Source: Gemmatimonadaceae bacterium (GTDB taxonomy: Bacteria; Gemmatimonadota; Gemmatimonadetes; Gemmatimonadales; Gemmatimonadaceae). From it: a DNA stretch of 64,000 nucleotides. Numbering within the stretch: position 1 is the first letter of the stretch; the number at the start of each line of letters is the position of its first letter. This document shows, piece after piece, positions 38,422 to 48,043 of this stretch. Below the pieces are notes generated by a model. It was not told the origin of the DNA and searched no databases. It saw only the letters and a list, made by a program, of their open reading frames with translations. The stretch covers positions 111,534-175,533 of the forward strand of contig JBGAJQ010000003.1 of NCBI GenBank assembly GCA_044224875.1, in the 5' to 3' direction. The position numbers and the translations under genes are program-made.

Positions 38422-39174
38422 ATGCGGCTTAGAGGGCGCACGGCGATCGTCACCGGCGGTAGCTCTGGCATCGGACAAGCCATAGCCGTCCTGTTCGCAT
38501 CGCACGGTGCCAAGGTTCATATCTTGGACGTCACGCCTGCCGACGCCACCCTGCAGGCCATTGCCGATGGGGACGGCGTCGCGACTTACCGCGCCTGCGA
38601 CGTCACCAGCCAGCGCAGTGTCGACGATGCCTTCGCCACGGTTGGGAACGTCGACGTGCTCGTGAACAGCGCTGGCGTAGCGCACATCGGCAACGTGGAG
38701 CAAACGACCGAGGAGGAGTTTGATCGCGTGTACGCGGTGAACGTGAAGGGGGTGTACAACTGCTTGCGCGCCGGCGTTCGCGTGATGAAAGACACCGGCG
38801 GAGCCATCCTGAACCTGGCCTCGGTCGCATCCACCGTCGGTATCGCCGATCGGTTCGCCTACTCGATGAGCAAGGGGGCGGTGCTCACGATGACCATGTC
38901 CGTGGCGCGCGACTACATCGACCGGAAGATTCGCTGCAACTGTGTGTCCCCCGGCCGAGTGCACACGCCGTTCGTCGACGGGTACCTGGCGCGCACGTAT
39001 CCGGGGCGAGAAGCCGAAATGTTCGAGAAGCTGGCTCGCACGCAACCGATCGGCCGGATGGGTCAACCGAGCGAGATCGCCGAGCTGGCCCTGTTCCTGT
39101 GTTCTGATGCCGCGTCGTTCATCACCGGGAGTAACTTCCCGATTGACGGCGGGTTTGTGTCCCTCAAGATGTAG
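38422..39174 (+). CDS. SDR oxidoreductase, 2-keto-3-deoxy-L-fuconate dehydrogenase-like
   Basis: TGGSSGIG, NSAG, YSMSK (YxxxK), RCNCVSPGRVHTPF; adjacent to L-fuconate dehydratase. Confidence 0.85.
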   Translation: MRLRGRTAIVTGGSSGIGQAIAVLFASHGAKVHILDVTPADATLQAIADGDGVATYRACDVTSQRSVDDAFATVGNVDVLVNSAGVAHIGNVEQTTEEEFDRVYAVNVKGVYNCLRAGVRVMKDTGGAILNLASVASTVGIADRFAYSMSKGAVLTMTMSVARDYIDRKIRCNCVSPGRVHTPFVDGYLARTYPGREAEMFEKLARTQPIGRMGQPSEIAELALFLCSDAASFITGSNFPIDGGFVSLKM

Positions 39175-39185
39175 CGGACCTAACG

Positions 39186-40553
39186 ATGAGCGATCGCACC
39201 ATCGTTCGCGTGGACGTGCACGACGTCCGATTCCCGACCTCACAGCGGTTGGACGGGTCCGATGCCATGAATCCGGACCCCGATTACTCAGCGGCGTACG
39301 TCGTGTTGCACACGGACGCTGGCGATGCGATCGAAGGGCATGGTTTGACGTTCACTATCGGGCGCGGCAATGAACTGTGCGTTGCCGCTGTGGAAGCGCT
39401 GGCACCACTGGTGCGCGGGCTCTCGCTTGGTACGATCACCGCCGACATGGGTGCGTTCTGGCGACGGATCACGGGCGACTCGCAACTGCGCTGGGTGGGG
39501 CCTGAGAAGGGAGTGATTCACTTGGCGACCGCTGCCCTCGTCAACGCCGTCTGGGACTTGTGGGCCAAGGTTGAAGGGAAGCCGCTGTGGAGGCTCCTGG
39601 CCGACTTGTCACCGGACGAGATCGTCAGGTGCATCGATTTCCGGTACATCACGGACGCGCTCACGCCCCAGGAGGCGCGTGACATCCTCGTCCGACACCG
39701 TGACAGTCGAACGCAACGCGAGTCCGAATTGCAGCGGGACGGATACCCCGCGTATACCACATCGGCCGGTTGGTTAGGCTATCCCGACGACAAGATCCGA
39801 CAGCTCTGCCGCGACGGCGTGGCGGAGGGATGGACGCACTTCAAGATCAAGGTGGGGCGCGACCTCGCTGACGACATGCGCCGAGCGAGCATCATTCGCG
39901 AGGTGATTGGCCCCGACCGCAAGCTCATGATGGACGCCAATCAGGTGTGGGATGTTCCCGAGGCCATCGCGAACATGCGCGCCCTCGCGCGGTTTCACCC
40001 GTGGTGGATCGAGGAGCCGACCAGTCCCGATGACGTCCTTGGTCATGCGGCGATTGCCCGCGCAATTGCGCCGATTGGCGTGGCCACGGGAGAGCATGCC
40101 CAGAACCGGGTCGTGTTCAAGCAACTGATGCAGGCGAACGCCATCCGATTCTGTCAAATCGACAGCTGCCGATTGGGTGGCGTCAACGAGGTGCTGGCAG
40201 TGTTGCTGCTGGCGGCAAAGTTCAACGTGCCGGTCTGCGCGCATGCGGGCGGTGTTGGATTGTGCGAGTACGTGCAACATCTCGCCATCTTCGACTACTT
40301 GTGTGTCAGCGCGTCTCTCGACGACCGGATCGTCGAATACGTGGATCATCTGCACGAGCACTTCGTGGACCCCGTGATCATGGATAAGGGGCGATACGTG
40401 ATGCCTACGGCGCCGGGGTACAGCATCACGATGAAGGCGGAGAGCCTGCGCCAGTACGCGTATCCAGATGGACCCGTGTGGCGCGATCGGGTCAAGGGAT
40501 CGGGCAATGCGCCAGCCGGCGTGCCGGAACGGCCTATCCGAGCGCACCCGTGA
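39186..40553 (+). CDS. L-fuconate dehydratase (enolase superfamily, mandelate racemase subgroup)
   Basis: DVRFPTS..LDGSDAMNPDPDYSAAYV, QLRWVGPEKGVIHLA, YTTSAGWLGY, KIK, WIEEPTSPDD, HAGGVGLCE, EYVDHLHEHF. Confidence 0.93.
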   Translation: MSDRTIVRVDVHDVRFPTSQRLDGSDAMNPDPDYSAAYVVLHTDAGDAIEGHGLTFTIGRGNELCVAAVEALAPLVRGLSLGTITADMGAFWRRITGDSQLRWVGPEKGVIHLATAALVNAVWDLWAKVEGKPLWRLLADLSPDEIVRCIDFRYITDALTPQEARDILVRHRDSRTQRESELQRDGYPAYTTSAGWLGYPDDKIRQLCRDGVAEGWTHFKIKVGRDLADDMRRASIIREVIGPDRKLMMDANQVWDVPEAIANMRALARFHPWWIEEPTSPDDVLGHAAIARAIAPIGVATGEHAQNRVVFKQLMQANAIRFCQIDSCRLGGVNEVLAVLLLAAKFNVPVCAHAGGVGLCEYVQHLAIFDYLCVSASLDDRIVEYVDHLHEHFVDPVIMDKGRYVMPTAPGYSITMKAESLRQYAYPDGPVWRDRVKGSGNAPAGVPERPIRAHP

Positions 40554-41701
40554 GCCAGACCATGCGAGCCGCGGTTCTTGTGGACGTGAACCAACTGGAG
40601 GTGCATGACGTTCCACGCACCGATCCCGCGCCGCATGAGGTCGTGGTGCGGGTTGATGCTGTCGGATTGTGCGGCACCGACGTCCACATCGTGCAGGGGC
40701 ACGCCAACTACAACTTCGACGCCCACGGACGGGTGTGGTCGTTGCGCGAGCGACCGCAGATTCTCGGGCACGAGATCGCCGGGACCGTGCACGAAGTGGG
40801 TGCGGGGGTGAAGGGAATTGCGCCAGGCACACGCGTCATCATGGATCAGGGACGCTGCTGCGTGAGCGAGTGGCGGGAGCCGCGGTGCGAGTACTGTCGG
40901 ACGCAGTCGTCCCACCAGTGCGAACACTATCGAGAGCACGGGATCACGGGCCTGCCAGGTGGGTTTGCGGAGTTCATAACGATCCCGGGCGTGAACGTCG
41001 TGCCCATCGAGACGAGCATCAGCGCCCAGCACGCCGCGCTCAGCGAACCGCTGGGGTGCGTGCTCCATGCGTCGGAGATGGTGGCGCACGCCGGAGGTCG
41101 CTATACGTTAGGCGGTTCGGCCGACGGTCGGGTGCGAACGGTGCTGATCTGCGGCGGGGGACCGGCCGGGCTACTGTTCGTTCAGCACCTGCGTGGCGTG
41201 GCCGGTTTCGATGGCCGCATCCTCGTGAGCGAGCCGTCCGCGCATCGACGTGCACTCGCCGAGCATTTCGGCGCCGATAGCGTGGACCCGACGACGGTCG
41301 ACGTTGTGGAAGCCGTCGCGGCATGGACGTCGGGGCGGCGCGTGGAATACATCATCGAAGCGTCGGGCGCTGGCGCGGTGTTTGCTGCCATCCCGGGGCT
41401 TCTTCGGAAACAAGGCACGGTACTGCTGTATGGCCACGGTCATGCCGGCGTCGATCTGAGCGTCATGAACCAGGTCCAGTTCCTCGAGCCGACCTTGGTA
41501 TCCCCGGTTGGCGCTTCCGGTGGTCACGACGCGGACGGTCGACCCCTCACATACGTGCAGGCCCTGCGTCTCCTGGAGCGCGGCACGGTGGACGTCGGGC
41601 CGCTCGTCACCCATCGTTATGCCTCCCTCGAGGAGTTGCCGCAGGCCTTCGCCGGGGCGCACCATCAACCAGACTATGTGAAGGGAGTCCTCACGCTATG
41701 A
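40550..41701 (+). CDS. Zinc-dependent (MDR) sugar/polyol dehydrogenase
   Basis: GTGA overlap; GLCGTD, GHE, structural Cys cluster CC..RCEYC..HQC, EPLGC, GGGPAG. Confidence 0.88.
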   Translation: MSQTMRAAVLVDVNQLEVHDVPRTDPAPHEVVVRVDAVGLCGTDVHIVQGHANYNFDAHGRVWSLRERPQILGHEIAGTVHEVGAGVKGIAPGTRVIMDQGRCCVSEWREPRCEYCRTQSSHQCEHYREHGITGLPGGFAEFITIPGVNVVPIETSISAQHAALSEPLGCVLHASEMVAHAGGRYTLGGSADGRVRTVLICGGGPAGLLFVQHLRGVAGFDGRILVSEPSAHRRALAEHFGADSVDPTTVDVVEAVAAWTSGRRVEYIIEASGAGAVFAAIPGLLRKQGTVLLYGHGHAGVDLSVMNQVQFLEPTLVSPVGASGGHDADGRPLTYVQALRLLERGTVDVGPLVTHRYASLEELPQAFAGAHHQPDYVKGVLTL

Positions 41702-42735
41702 CCGCCATGACCCGCGTCCGCCGTTCTGCGATCCTCCTGTCCATGCTGGGAGGGAGCGTTGCCGCATGCGGAGGCGAGCGAAATGACGCAGCTGGCGGAA
41801 GCAAGGCGCTCACGATCGCCGTGGTTCCGAAAGGCACGACGCACGAGTTCTGGAAGGCCATTCATGCGGGGGCCGTTCAGGCGGCCGACGAACTCGCCGC
41901 CGCGGGGGACACGGTACGGCTGATCTGGAAGGGTCCCTTGCGCGAAGACGACCGGGAGCAGCAGGTGCAGGTGGTGGAGGGATTCATCAGCCAGCACGTG
42001 GATGGCATCGTCCTCGCCCCGCTCGACGTGCGCGCTCTGGCTCGACCCGTGGAGGAAGCCAAGGCGGCGGGCGTGCCAACGGTCATCATCGATTCGGGGT
42101 TGGAGACGGACGCGATCGCCTCCTATGTGGCCACCGACAACACCAAAGGGGGAGAACTCGCCGCCGACCGACTTGGCGAGCTGCTGGGTGGAAAGGGAAA
42201 GGTCCTGGTGTTGCGGCTGCAGGAAGGATCCGCGAGCACGACGGCACGCGAGGATGGATTCCTGGCGCGGCTGGCGGCCAAGTATCCGGGCGTCACGGTC
42301 GTCTCGTCCAACCAGTATGCCGGCGCCACACGCGAAACGGCCAAGCAGGCGGCCGAGAACCTCCTGAACCGGTTTGGCAGCGACCTGCAAGGGATCTTCA
42401 CGCCTAACGAATCATCGACCATTGGCATGCTGCTGGCGCTTCAGGACATCGGGAAGGCCGGAAAGATCCGGTTCGTCGGCTTTGACGCGACCCAGACGCT
42501 CCTCGACGCGATGAAGGCGAGCCAGCTGGATGGCATCGCGGTGCAGAATCCCATGCGGATGGGATACCTCGGGGTGAAGACGATGGTTGCCAGCCTACGC
42601 CAGCAACCGTTCGAAAGGCGCATCGACACGGGTGTGACGATGGTGACGCCGGAAAGCATGGAGAAACCGGAGACGCAGGAGATCATCCATCCGCCCATCG
42701 ACAAGTACCTCAAGTCGTCAGCACCGGGACAGTAG
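41698..42735 (+). CDS. Sugar ABC transporter substrate-binding lipoprotein
   Basis: ATGA overlap; lipobox VAAC; VPKGTTHEFWKAIHAG, GIVLAPLD, YVATDN, VGFD, VQNPMRMGY. Confidence 0.92.
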   Translation: MTAMTRVRRSAILLSMLGGSVAACGGERNDAAGGSKALTIAVVPKGTTHEFWKAIHAGAVQAADELAAAGDTVRLIWKGPLREDDREQQVQVVEGFISQHVDGIVLAPLDVRALARPVEEAKAAGVPTVIIDSGLETDAIASYVATDNTKGGELAADRLGELLGGKGKVLVLRLQEGSASTTAREDGFLARLAAKYPGVTVVSSNQYAGATRETAKQAAENLLNRFGSDLQGIFTPNESSTIGMLLALQDIGKAGKIRFVGFDATQTLLDAMKASQLDGIAVQNPMRMGYLGVKTMVASLRQQPFERRIDTGVTMVTPESMEKPETQEIIHPPIDKYLKSSAPGQ

Positions 42736-44238
42736 ATGCACGCGCCAGATGGGCTGAGCGTCGACGGCGTCGTCAAGCGCTTTGGGGCCACGGTGGCGCT
42801 CGACGGCGTGGCGCTCAACGTGACACCGGGTCAGGTCCACGCGCTGATCGGCGAGAACGGCGCCGGAAAGAGCACCCTGATGGGGATTCTCGCTGGGGCC
42901 ATCCGGCCGGATGGCGGCACGATGCAGCTGTCGGGAGAGCGATATGCGCCAGATACCCCCCTCGATGCGCGACGCGCCGGAATCTCCCTGATCCACCAGG
43001 AACTCTCCCTGTGCCCGCACCTCACCGTCGGCGAGAATGTGCTGTTGGGTGGCGAGTCTTCGCGGTGGGGGTGGGTGGACAGGCGCGCATCACGCGATCG
43101 CGCGCGGGCGTTGCTCGACGAACTGCCACATCCCGAGATTCATCCCGACCGACGACTCGCCGAGTTGTCGCTGCCGGCCAGACAAATCGTTGAAATCTGT
43201 CGAGCACTCGCGGGCGATGCCAAAGTGTTGCTCATGGACGAGCCGACGTCGTCGCTGCAGGGGGCGGACGTCGAGCACCTCTTTGCGCTCATTCGCCGTC
43301 TGGTCGCTCGCGGGGTCGCGGTCATCTACATCTCGCACTTCCTCGAGGAAGTACGACGGATCGCTGACCGATTCACGATCCTCCGGGATGGACGAAGTGT
43401 TGCGGCTGGAGCGATCGCCGACGTGACGAACGAGGAGATCATCTCGCAGATGGTTGGGCGATCGGCCACTCACCTGTTTCCCAGCCGCGCTCCGGCCGCG
43501 CGCGGGGACGTGGCCCTGTGCGTGCGCGGGCTGGCGGCACCGCCAAAGCTTCGACACGCATCGTTTGACCTGTACCGTGGCGAGATTCTCGGGATCGGCG
43601 GGCTCATTGGATCCGGGCGGACGGAGCTGGTGCGCGCGATCTACGGGCTGGATCGCGTGAGTGCCGGCACCATCGACGTGCTGGGCACCGCGCCTCGGCG
43701 CCGGTCCTCCGCCGCAGAACGTGTGCGACAAGGCGTGGGCTACGTGAGTGAAGATCGGAAGGGCGAGGGTCTCACGGTTTCGCGCCCGATTGCCGACAAC
43801 ATCACTGCCACTCGACCGGAACTCCGCGTGAGCGGCGTCGGCATTCTTGATGTGAAAGGACAGGCCGCACAGGCGCGCCGGTGGATCCGCGACCTTCGGA
43901 TCCGCGCCCAGTCGCCGTGGCAGCGGGTGCAGTCACTTTCCGGCGGCAACCAGCAAAAGGTCGCCATCGCCCGATTGCTGCACCAGCGAGCGACCATCCT
44001 GCTTCTCGATGAACCTACCCGTGGGATCGACATTGGCAGCAAGGCAGAAGTTTACGAGGTCATTGCGCGTCAGGCCGAGGCCGGATGCGCCGTGCTACTC
44101 GTCAGCTCATACTTGCCCGAGTTGTTTGGCCTATGCGATCGCCTGGCGGTGATGTGTCGCGGCCAGTTGACGGAGGCTCGGCCTATTGGGGAGTGGACCC
44201 CCGAGCGCGTATTGGCCACCGCGATAGGATCGACATGA
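42736..44238 (+). CDS. Sugar ABC transporter ATP-binding protein (RbsA-like, two ABC domains)
   Basis: GENGAGKST, MDEPTSSL, YISH, EDRKGEGL, LSGGNQQKV, LDEPTRGIDIG. Confidence 0.95.
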   Translation: MHAPDGLSVDGVVKRFGATVALDGVALNVTPGQVHALIGENGAGKSTLMGILAGAIRPDGGTMQLSGERYAPDTPLDARRAGISLIHQELSLCPHLTVGENVLLGGESSRWGWVDRRASRDRARALLDELPHPEIHPDRRLAELSLPARQIVEICRALAGDAKVLLMDEPTSSLQGADVEHLFALIRRLVARGVAVIYISHFLEEVRRIADRFTILRDGRSVAAGAIADVTNEEIISQMVGRSATHLFPSRAPAARGDVALCVRGLAAPPKLRHASFDLYRGEILGIGGLIGSGRTELVRAIYGLDRVSAGTIDVLGTAPRRRSSAAERVRQGVGYVSEDRKGEGLTVSRPIADNITATRPELRVSGVGILDVKGQAAQARRWIRDLRIRAQSPWQRVQSLSGGNQQKVAIARLLHQRATILLLDEPTRGIDIGSKAEVYEVIARQAEAGCAVLLVSSYLPELFGLCDRLAVMCRGQLTEARPIGEWTPERVLATAIGST

Positions 44239-46142
44239 TCCGCCGCGCCTTGTTGCTCTTCGCCACGGCGTGGTTAGGCACGACGCCGGCGCTTTTCGCA
44301 CAGGAGCGCGAACTCCACTGGCGAGCGCTCGAGGTGGACGCGCGACTGGATTCGGCGGGCACCCTTCACGTGCGCGAACGGCACACGATGGTCTTTACGG
44401 GAGACTGGAACGGCGGGGAGCGCACCTTCAACACTCGTCTGGGGCAACGGCTGTCGCTCGTGCGCATGATGCGGGTGGACGCCGCGGGTGTCGAGCACCC
44501 GATGGTGAAGGGAGACGTGAAGGGGGTGGACCATTACGACTGGGCGAGCCGCGGCGTGCTCCGCTGGAGGAGCCGGACGCCAACCGACCCGCCGTTCGAC
44601 AGCACCACGCTGGTGTACGTGATCGACTACACGTTGGCCAACATCCTGCAGCCGCGTGGTGAGGGATACGTACTCGACCACGATTTCGCCTTTCCCGACC
44701 GAACGGGGCCCATTGAGGCGTTCACGTTGGCGCTGACGGTTGATGGCGAGTGGGGAGTGCCAAGCGATCTTCGTCCGTCGTACGGACCAGTGGCGCTTCC
44801 GCCGGGCGAGGGCTTCGTGGTCCATGCGGCCTTGGCCTTCCGCGGGATGGGGATGCCGGCTGGCGTGCCTCGAGCCGCGAGTCCCGTCGTCCGCTATGCG
44901 ATGGGTTCGGTACTCTTGCTGGTGCTGGTCGCGCTTGCCTTTCGCTTCGTGCAGCGCGAGGTACCCAGCGGCCGCTTTGCCCCGTTGACACCGATTGGGC
45001 AGATCGACGACGCATGGCTCGCGGCGAATGTGTTGTCGATGCTGCCGGAGGTGGTGGGCGCGGCCTGGGACGACACCACGGGATCACCGGAAGTGGCGGC
45101 AGTCCTGGCTCGCATGGTGGGAGAGAAGAAGCTCGCCAGCCGCGTGGAGACCAAGAAGGTGCTCTTCTTCTCGTCCAACGTGTTGCATCTGCAACTGCTG
45201 GTGCCACGCAGCTCCTTGACGGGATATGAGCTGACGCTGGTGGAGTCCCTGTTCACGCCGGGTGCCAACGCCACCGATACGGACGCGGTACGGCAGCGAT
45301 ATGCCAAGACCGGATTCGACCCCTCCGGAAAGATCCAACATCCGTTGGAGCTGCTGGTGAAGGGCCTCAGTCCGCGCGGGTCGGAGATTCACCGGCCGTC
45401 GCGCTGGCCGACGGCCGTGATGTGTGTGGTGGCCTTGGCACTCATCGCGTCCGCAGGTGTCGGGAATCCTGCGGACGTCGTGATCGGCGCAGTCGCGGCC
45501 GCCATCCTGGTGGTGGTCTATGGGATCGCGGCACTGCAGGCGGCGTTCTGGCGACTCCGCGTGAGTGCATGGACCTCCCATGCCATTGCGTTCGTCCTGC
45601 CGATGACCGTGATGACTGGCGGTGTGTGGTGGTTGACGTATTCGGGCGCCTTTCGGATGGGGTTGCTCGCACTGGCCGGACTCACCCTACTGTGTCTGGC
45701 CTTGTGCCACAGCGTGTTGAATCTGGCGATGGCGCGTCAGTCGCCACAGCTGATCGCACTCCGGAAGCGCTTGGTGTCGGCGCGCGAGTTCTTCGCGGAC
45801 GAACTCCGCAAGGAACGCCCCGCCTTGCGTGACGAGTGGTTCCCGTACCTCATGGCGTTTGGACTGGGCCCGCAGATGGACCGCTGGTTCAAGTCATTCG
45901 GAGCGGCAGCGCAATCCACGGGCGTCGTGCTGTCGCGCGGTTCCGGGTCCAGCTCAACGAGCGGTGGCGGCTGGACTGGTTTCGGGGGTGGCGGCGGATT
46001 CAGCGGCGGCGGTTCGAGCGGGTCGTGGGCGGCCGCTGTTGGGACGATAGCGTCCGGTGTAGCTGCACCGAGCAAGAGCAGTTCTGGCGGTGGTGGTGGA
46101 GGAGGCGGCAGTTCAGGTGGAGGTGGTGGCGGCGGGTGGTGA
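44235..46142 (+). CDS. DUF2207-like membrane protein with Gly/Ser-rich tail
   Basis: ATGA overlap; signal peptide; LHVRERHTMVFTG.WNGGER, several TMs, PYLMAFGL, terminal SSGGGGGGGW. Confidence 0.75.
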   Translation: MIRRALLLFATAWLGTTPALFAQERELHWRALEVDARLDSAGTLHVRERHTMVFTGDWNGGERTFNTRLGQRLSLVRMMRVDAAGVEHPMVKGDVKGVDHYDWASRGVLRWRSRTPTDPPFDSTTLVYVIDYTLANILQPRGEGYVLDHDFAFPDRTGPIEAFTLALTVDGEWGVPSDLRPSYGPVALPPGEGFVVHAALAFRGMGMPAGVPRAASPVVRYAMGSVLLLVLVALAFRFVQREVPSGRFAPLTPIGQIDDAWLAANVLSMLPEVVGAAWDDTTGSPEVAAVLARMVGEKKLASRVETKKVLFFSSNVLHLQLLVPRSSLTGYELTLVESLFTPGANATDTDAVRQRYAKTGFDPSGKIQHPLELLVKGLSPRGSEIHRPSRWPTAVMCVVALALIASAGVGNPADVVIGAVAAAILVVVYGIAALQAAFWRLRVSAWTSHAIAFVLPMTVMTGGVWWLTYSGAFRMGLLALAGLTLLCLALCHSVLNLAMARQSPQLIALRKRLVSAREFFADELRKERPALRDEWFPYLMAFGLGPQMDRWFKSFGAAAQSTGVVLSRGSGSSSTSGGGWTGFGGGGGFSGGGSSGSWAAAVGTIASGVAAPSKSSSGGGGGGGGSSGGGGGGGW

Positions 46143-46327
46143 TACTGGTCACGAGGGATTGCCGTCAGGTGCGTCACTGGTCGACGTTTGAATCTGGCGG
46201 GATGAGTCGGTATATTCAGCTGGTCTCCGGCCGATGCGGCCACGCACTGGAGCGAGTACGGTGGGGCTTGGGTGGGGGAACTCGCCAGTACCTGCACGCA
46301 CACAACCTCTCAGGTCGGAGCGGATCG

Positions 46328-46705
46328 ATGGCTGTTGGTTACTCTTACGCCGCGAGTGAAAATCTCGTCGTCATAGAGGGCGAAGGCTTGGTAACCTTCG
46401 AGGACCGCCACGCGTGCATCCGGAGCATCATCGAGGACCCTGACCTTCCCGAGCGCTTCCAGGTGCTCGTCCTTGCCAGCAATATCGAGCAACCCCCGCC
46501 AGCCGGCGACCTTCCCCACATGTCGGCACTCGTCGATCGACTGCGAGAGCGGTCGCGATCCCGCATCGCGATCCTGAATTCCAGGGTGGGTCACTTCACG
46601 TTAAGCCAGCTGGTCGCCTTACTCGCTACGGACGGGCCCCGCTTGGTGCAGGCGTTCTCGTCGGAATCAGCGGCTCGGAGCTGGCTCACCGATTGGATGG
46701 CGTAG
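46328..46705 (+). CDS. Hypothetical protein, SpoIIAA/STAS-SEC14-like
   Basis: GGAG RBS; LVVIEGEG.VTFED, SRIAIL, C-terminal QAFSSESAARSWL pattern. Confidence 0.55.
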   Translation: MAVGYSYAASENLVVIEGEGLVTFEDRHACIRSIIEDPDLPERFQVLVLASNIEQPPPAGDLPHMSALVDRLRERSRSRIAILNSRVGHFTLSQLVALLATDGPRLVQAFSSESAARSWLTDWMA

Positions 46706-46790
46706 GGAATTTTGATCGGGATCGGCCGCCTGACACCTCTTGGCTGAAAATGGCGCATGGTGAAGGGACGCCAGCAGCGGAGCGCAAAGC

Positions 46791-47978
46791 ATGAGCATCC
46801 TGCACCAACCTCACCCCATCGATCTTCGCCACCGACCGAGTCGGGCGTTCTGGTTGACGCTCGCCATTTCCGCCACGCTTGTGGCCGCGTCCACGAGCAG
46901 CGCCAGCGGGCAGAGCAGCACCGCCCAGGACCAATTCGCCGCCTTCGTCAGAGCGTACTACGGCTTGGGGCAAGCGCCGGCGTGGGACGGCCTCGACAAG
47001 CTCTCCGGGGTTCGCTGGGCACCGGCTCCAACGGAACTGAAAAACTGTCTGCCGAACGGTGACTGCTTTGCGCGCCAAGGGACGGCGACGATTGGCGGTC
47101 GCAACTTCGCGATGGTGGCCTCAGGCGCCCGTACCATGGTGGTGAACCTCCTCATCCGCAACGTCTCCGCGCCGTTAGGCGATTCGGCCCTCGTCGCGGC
47201 GCTCGGTCGCACTGGGTTTGCGACCACGTTGGCGCGTTGTCCGGTGCGGGTTGGTGCCGAGGGCACGAACTGGTACAAGCTCACCGGTGCCGGGGGCGAC
47301 GAAGGGTTCATTTCCATCCAGCCCGCTGGGCCCGGAAGGCCAAACGAAGGGTACACGCTGTCGCAGGGCACGGAGCTTCCGCAGCTGCAACCCGCCCAAC
47401 TGTCGATGTACAGTGAACGTTGCGCCGCAGGGAGCGAGCGCAAGGTCGTCTCCTCGAGCAAGCCGCACGAAGAGCTGGCGTCGTTGGTGGTGACGCTACT
47501 CGCCAAGGGCGCCGCGCTCTACGATTGGAAGACGCTGGCGGGGCTTTCTGCTATCACGTGGAACGGGAGTGGGCCGGTGCGGTCGGACCTGACGGCACGG
47601 GGCGATGCGAATCCGGTCAGTCAGACGGGGAGTGTGAAACTGGCCGGTCGCGAGTTCTCGGTCATGGCGAGCGGTACACCGGCGCAAGTTCGCACTATCT
47701 ACCTCGATGAAGTCGGCCGACATCCCAAGGGAGAACACATGCTTGGCGTGGTCTACGAGAAGGGGATTGCGGTGCGCCTCGTTCGCTGCGGTCCCATGTA
47801 CACCGAATCGACGAACAACTGGTACAACCTGCAAGGCAGTGCCACGCGGCCAGCCAACATCCGCCAGTCCATCAACTACGACGGCAACAACGTGTCTGAC
47901 GCCTATGAGCTACGATTGGATGGGACGCTTCCGACGCGTGATCCACGCGACCGGAACCCCGGATCCAATGGCTGCTAA
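46791..47978 (+). CDS. Secreted hypothetical protein with two tandem homologous domains
   Basis: GGAG RBS; hydrophobic leader; repeated G...GGRNF...ASG/LARC/NWY.L.G and G...AGREF...ASG/LVRC/NWY.L.G. Confidence 0.7.
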   Translation: MSILHQPHPIDLRHRPSRAFWLTLAISATLVAASTSSASGQSSTAQDQFAAFVRAYYGLGQAPAWDGLDKLSGVRWAPAPTELKNCLPNGDCFARQGTATIGGRNFAMVASGARTMVVNLLIRNVSAPLGDSALVAALGRTGFATTLARCPVRVGAEGTNWYKLTGAGGDEGFISIQPAGPGRPNEGYTLSQGTELPQLQPAQLSMYSERCAAGSERKVVSSSKPHEELASLVVTLLAKGAALYDWKTLAGLSAITWNGSGPVRSDLTARGDANPVSQTGSVKLAGREFSVMASGTPAQVRTIYLDEVGRHPKGEHMLGVVYEKGIAVRLVRCGPMYTESTNNWYNLQGSATRPANIRQSINYDGNNVSDAYELRLDGTLPTRDPRDRNPGSNGC

Positions 47979-48043
47979 GGGACACGCCGTCCGAGGACGT
48001 CAGATGGAACAGCGCTCGATGCACTGGTAGCGCCACCGCTCGT

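Noticed and set aside
45940..46142. GGC/GGT-rich repeats (also 9697-9747)
   Set aside because: Encode Gly-rich protein segments; the tail is normal for DUF2207-like proteins and is not an independent DNA repeat
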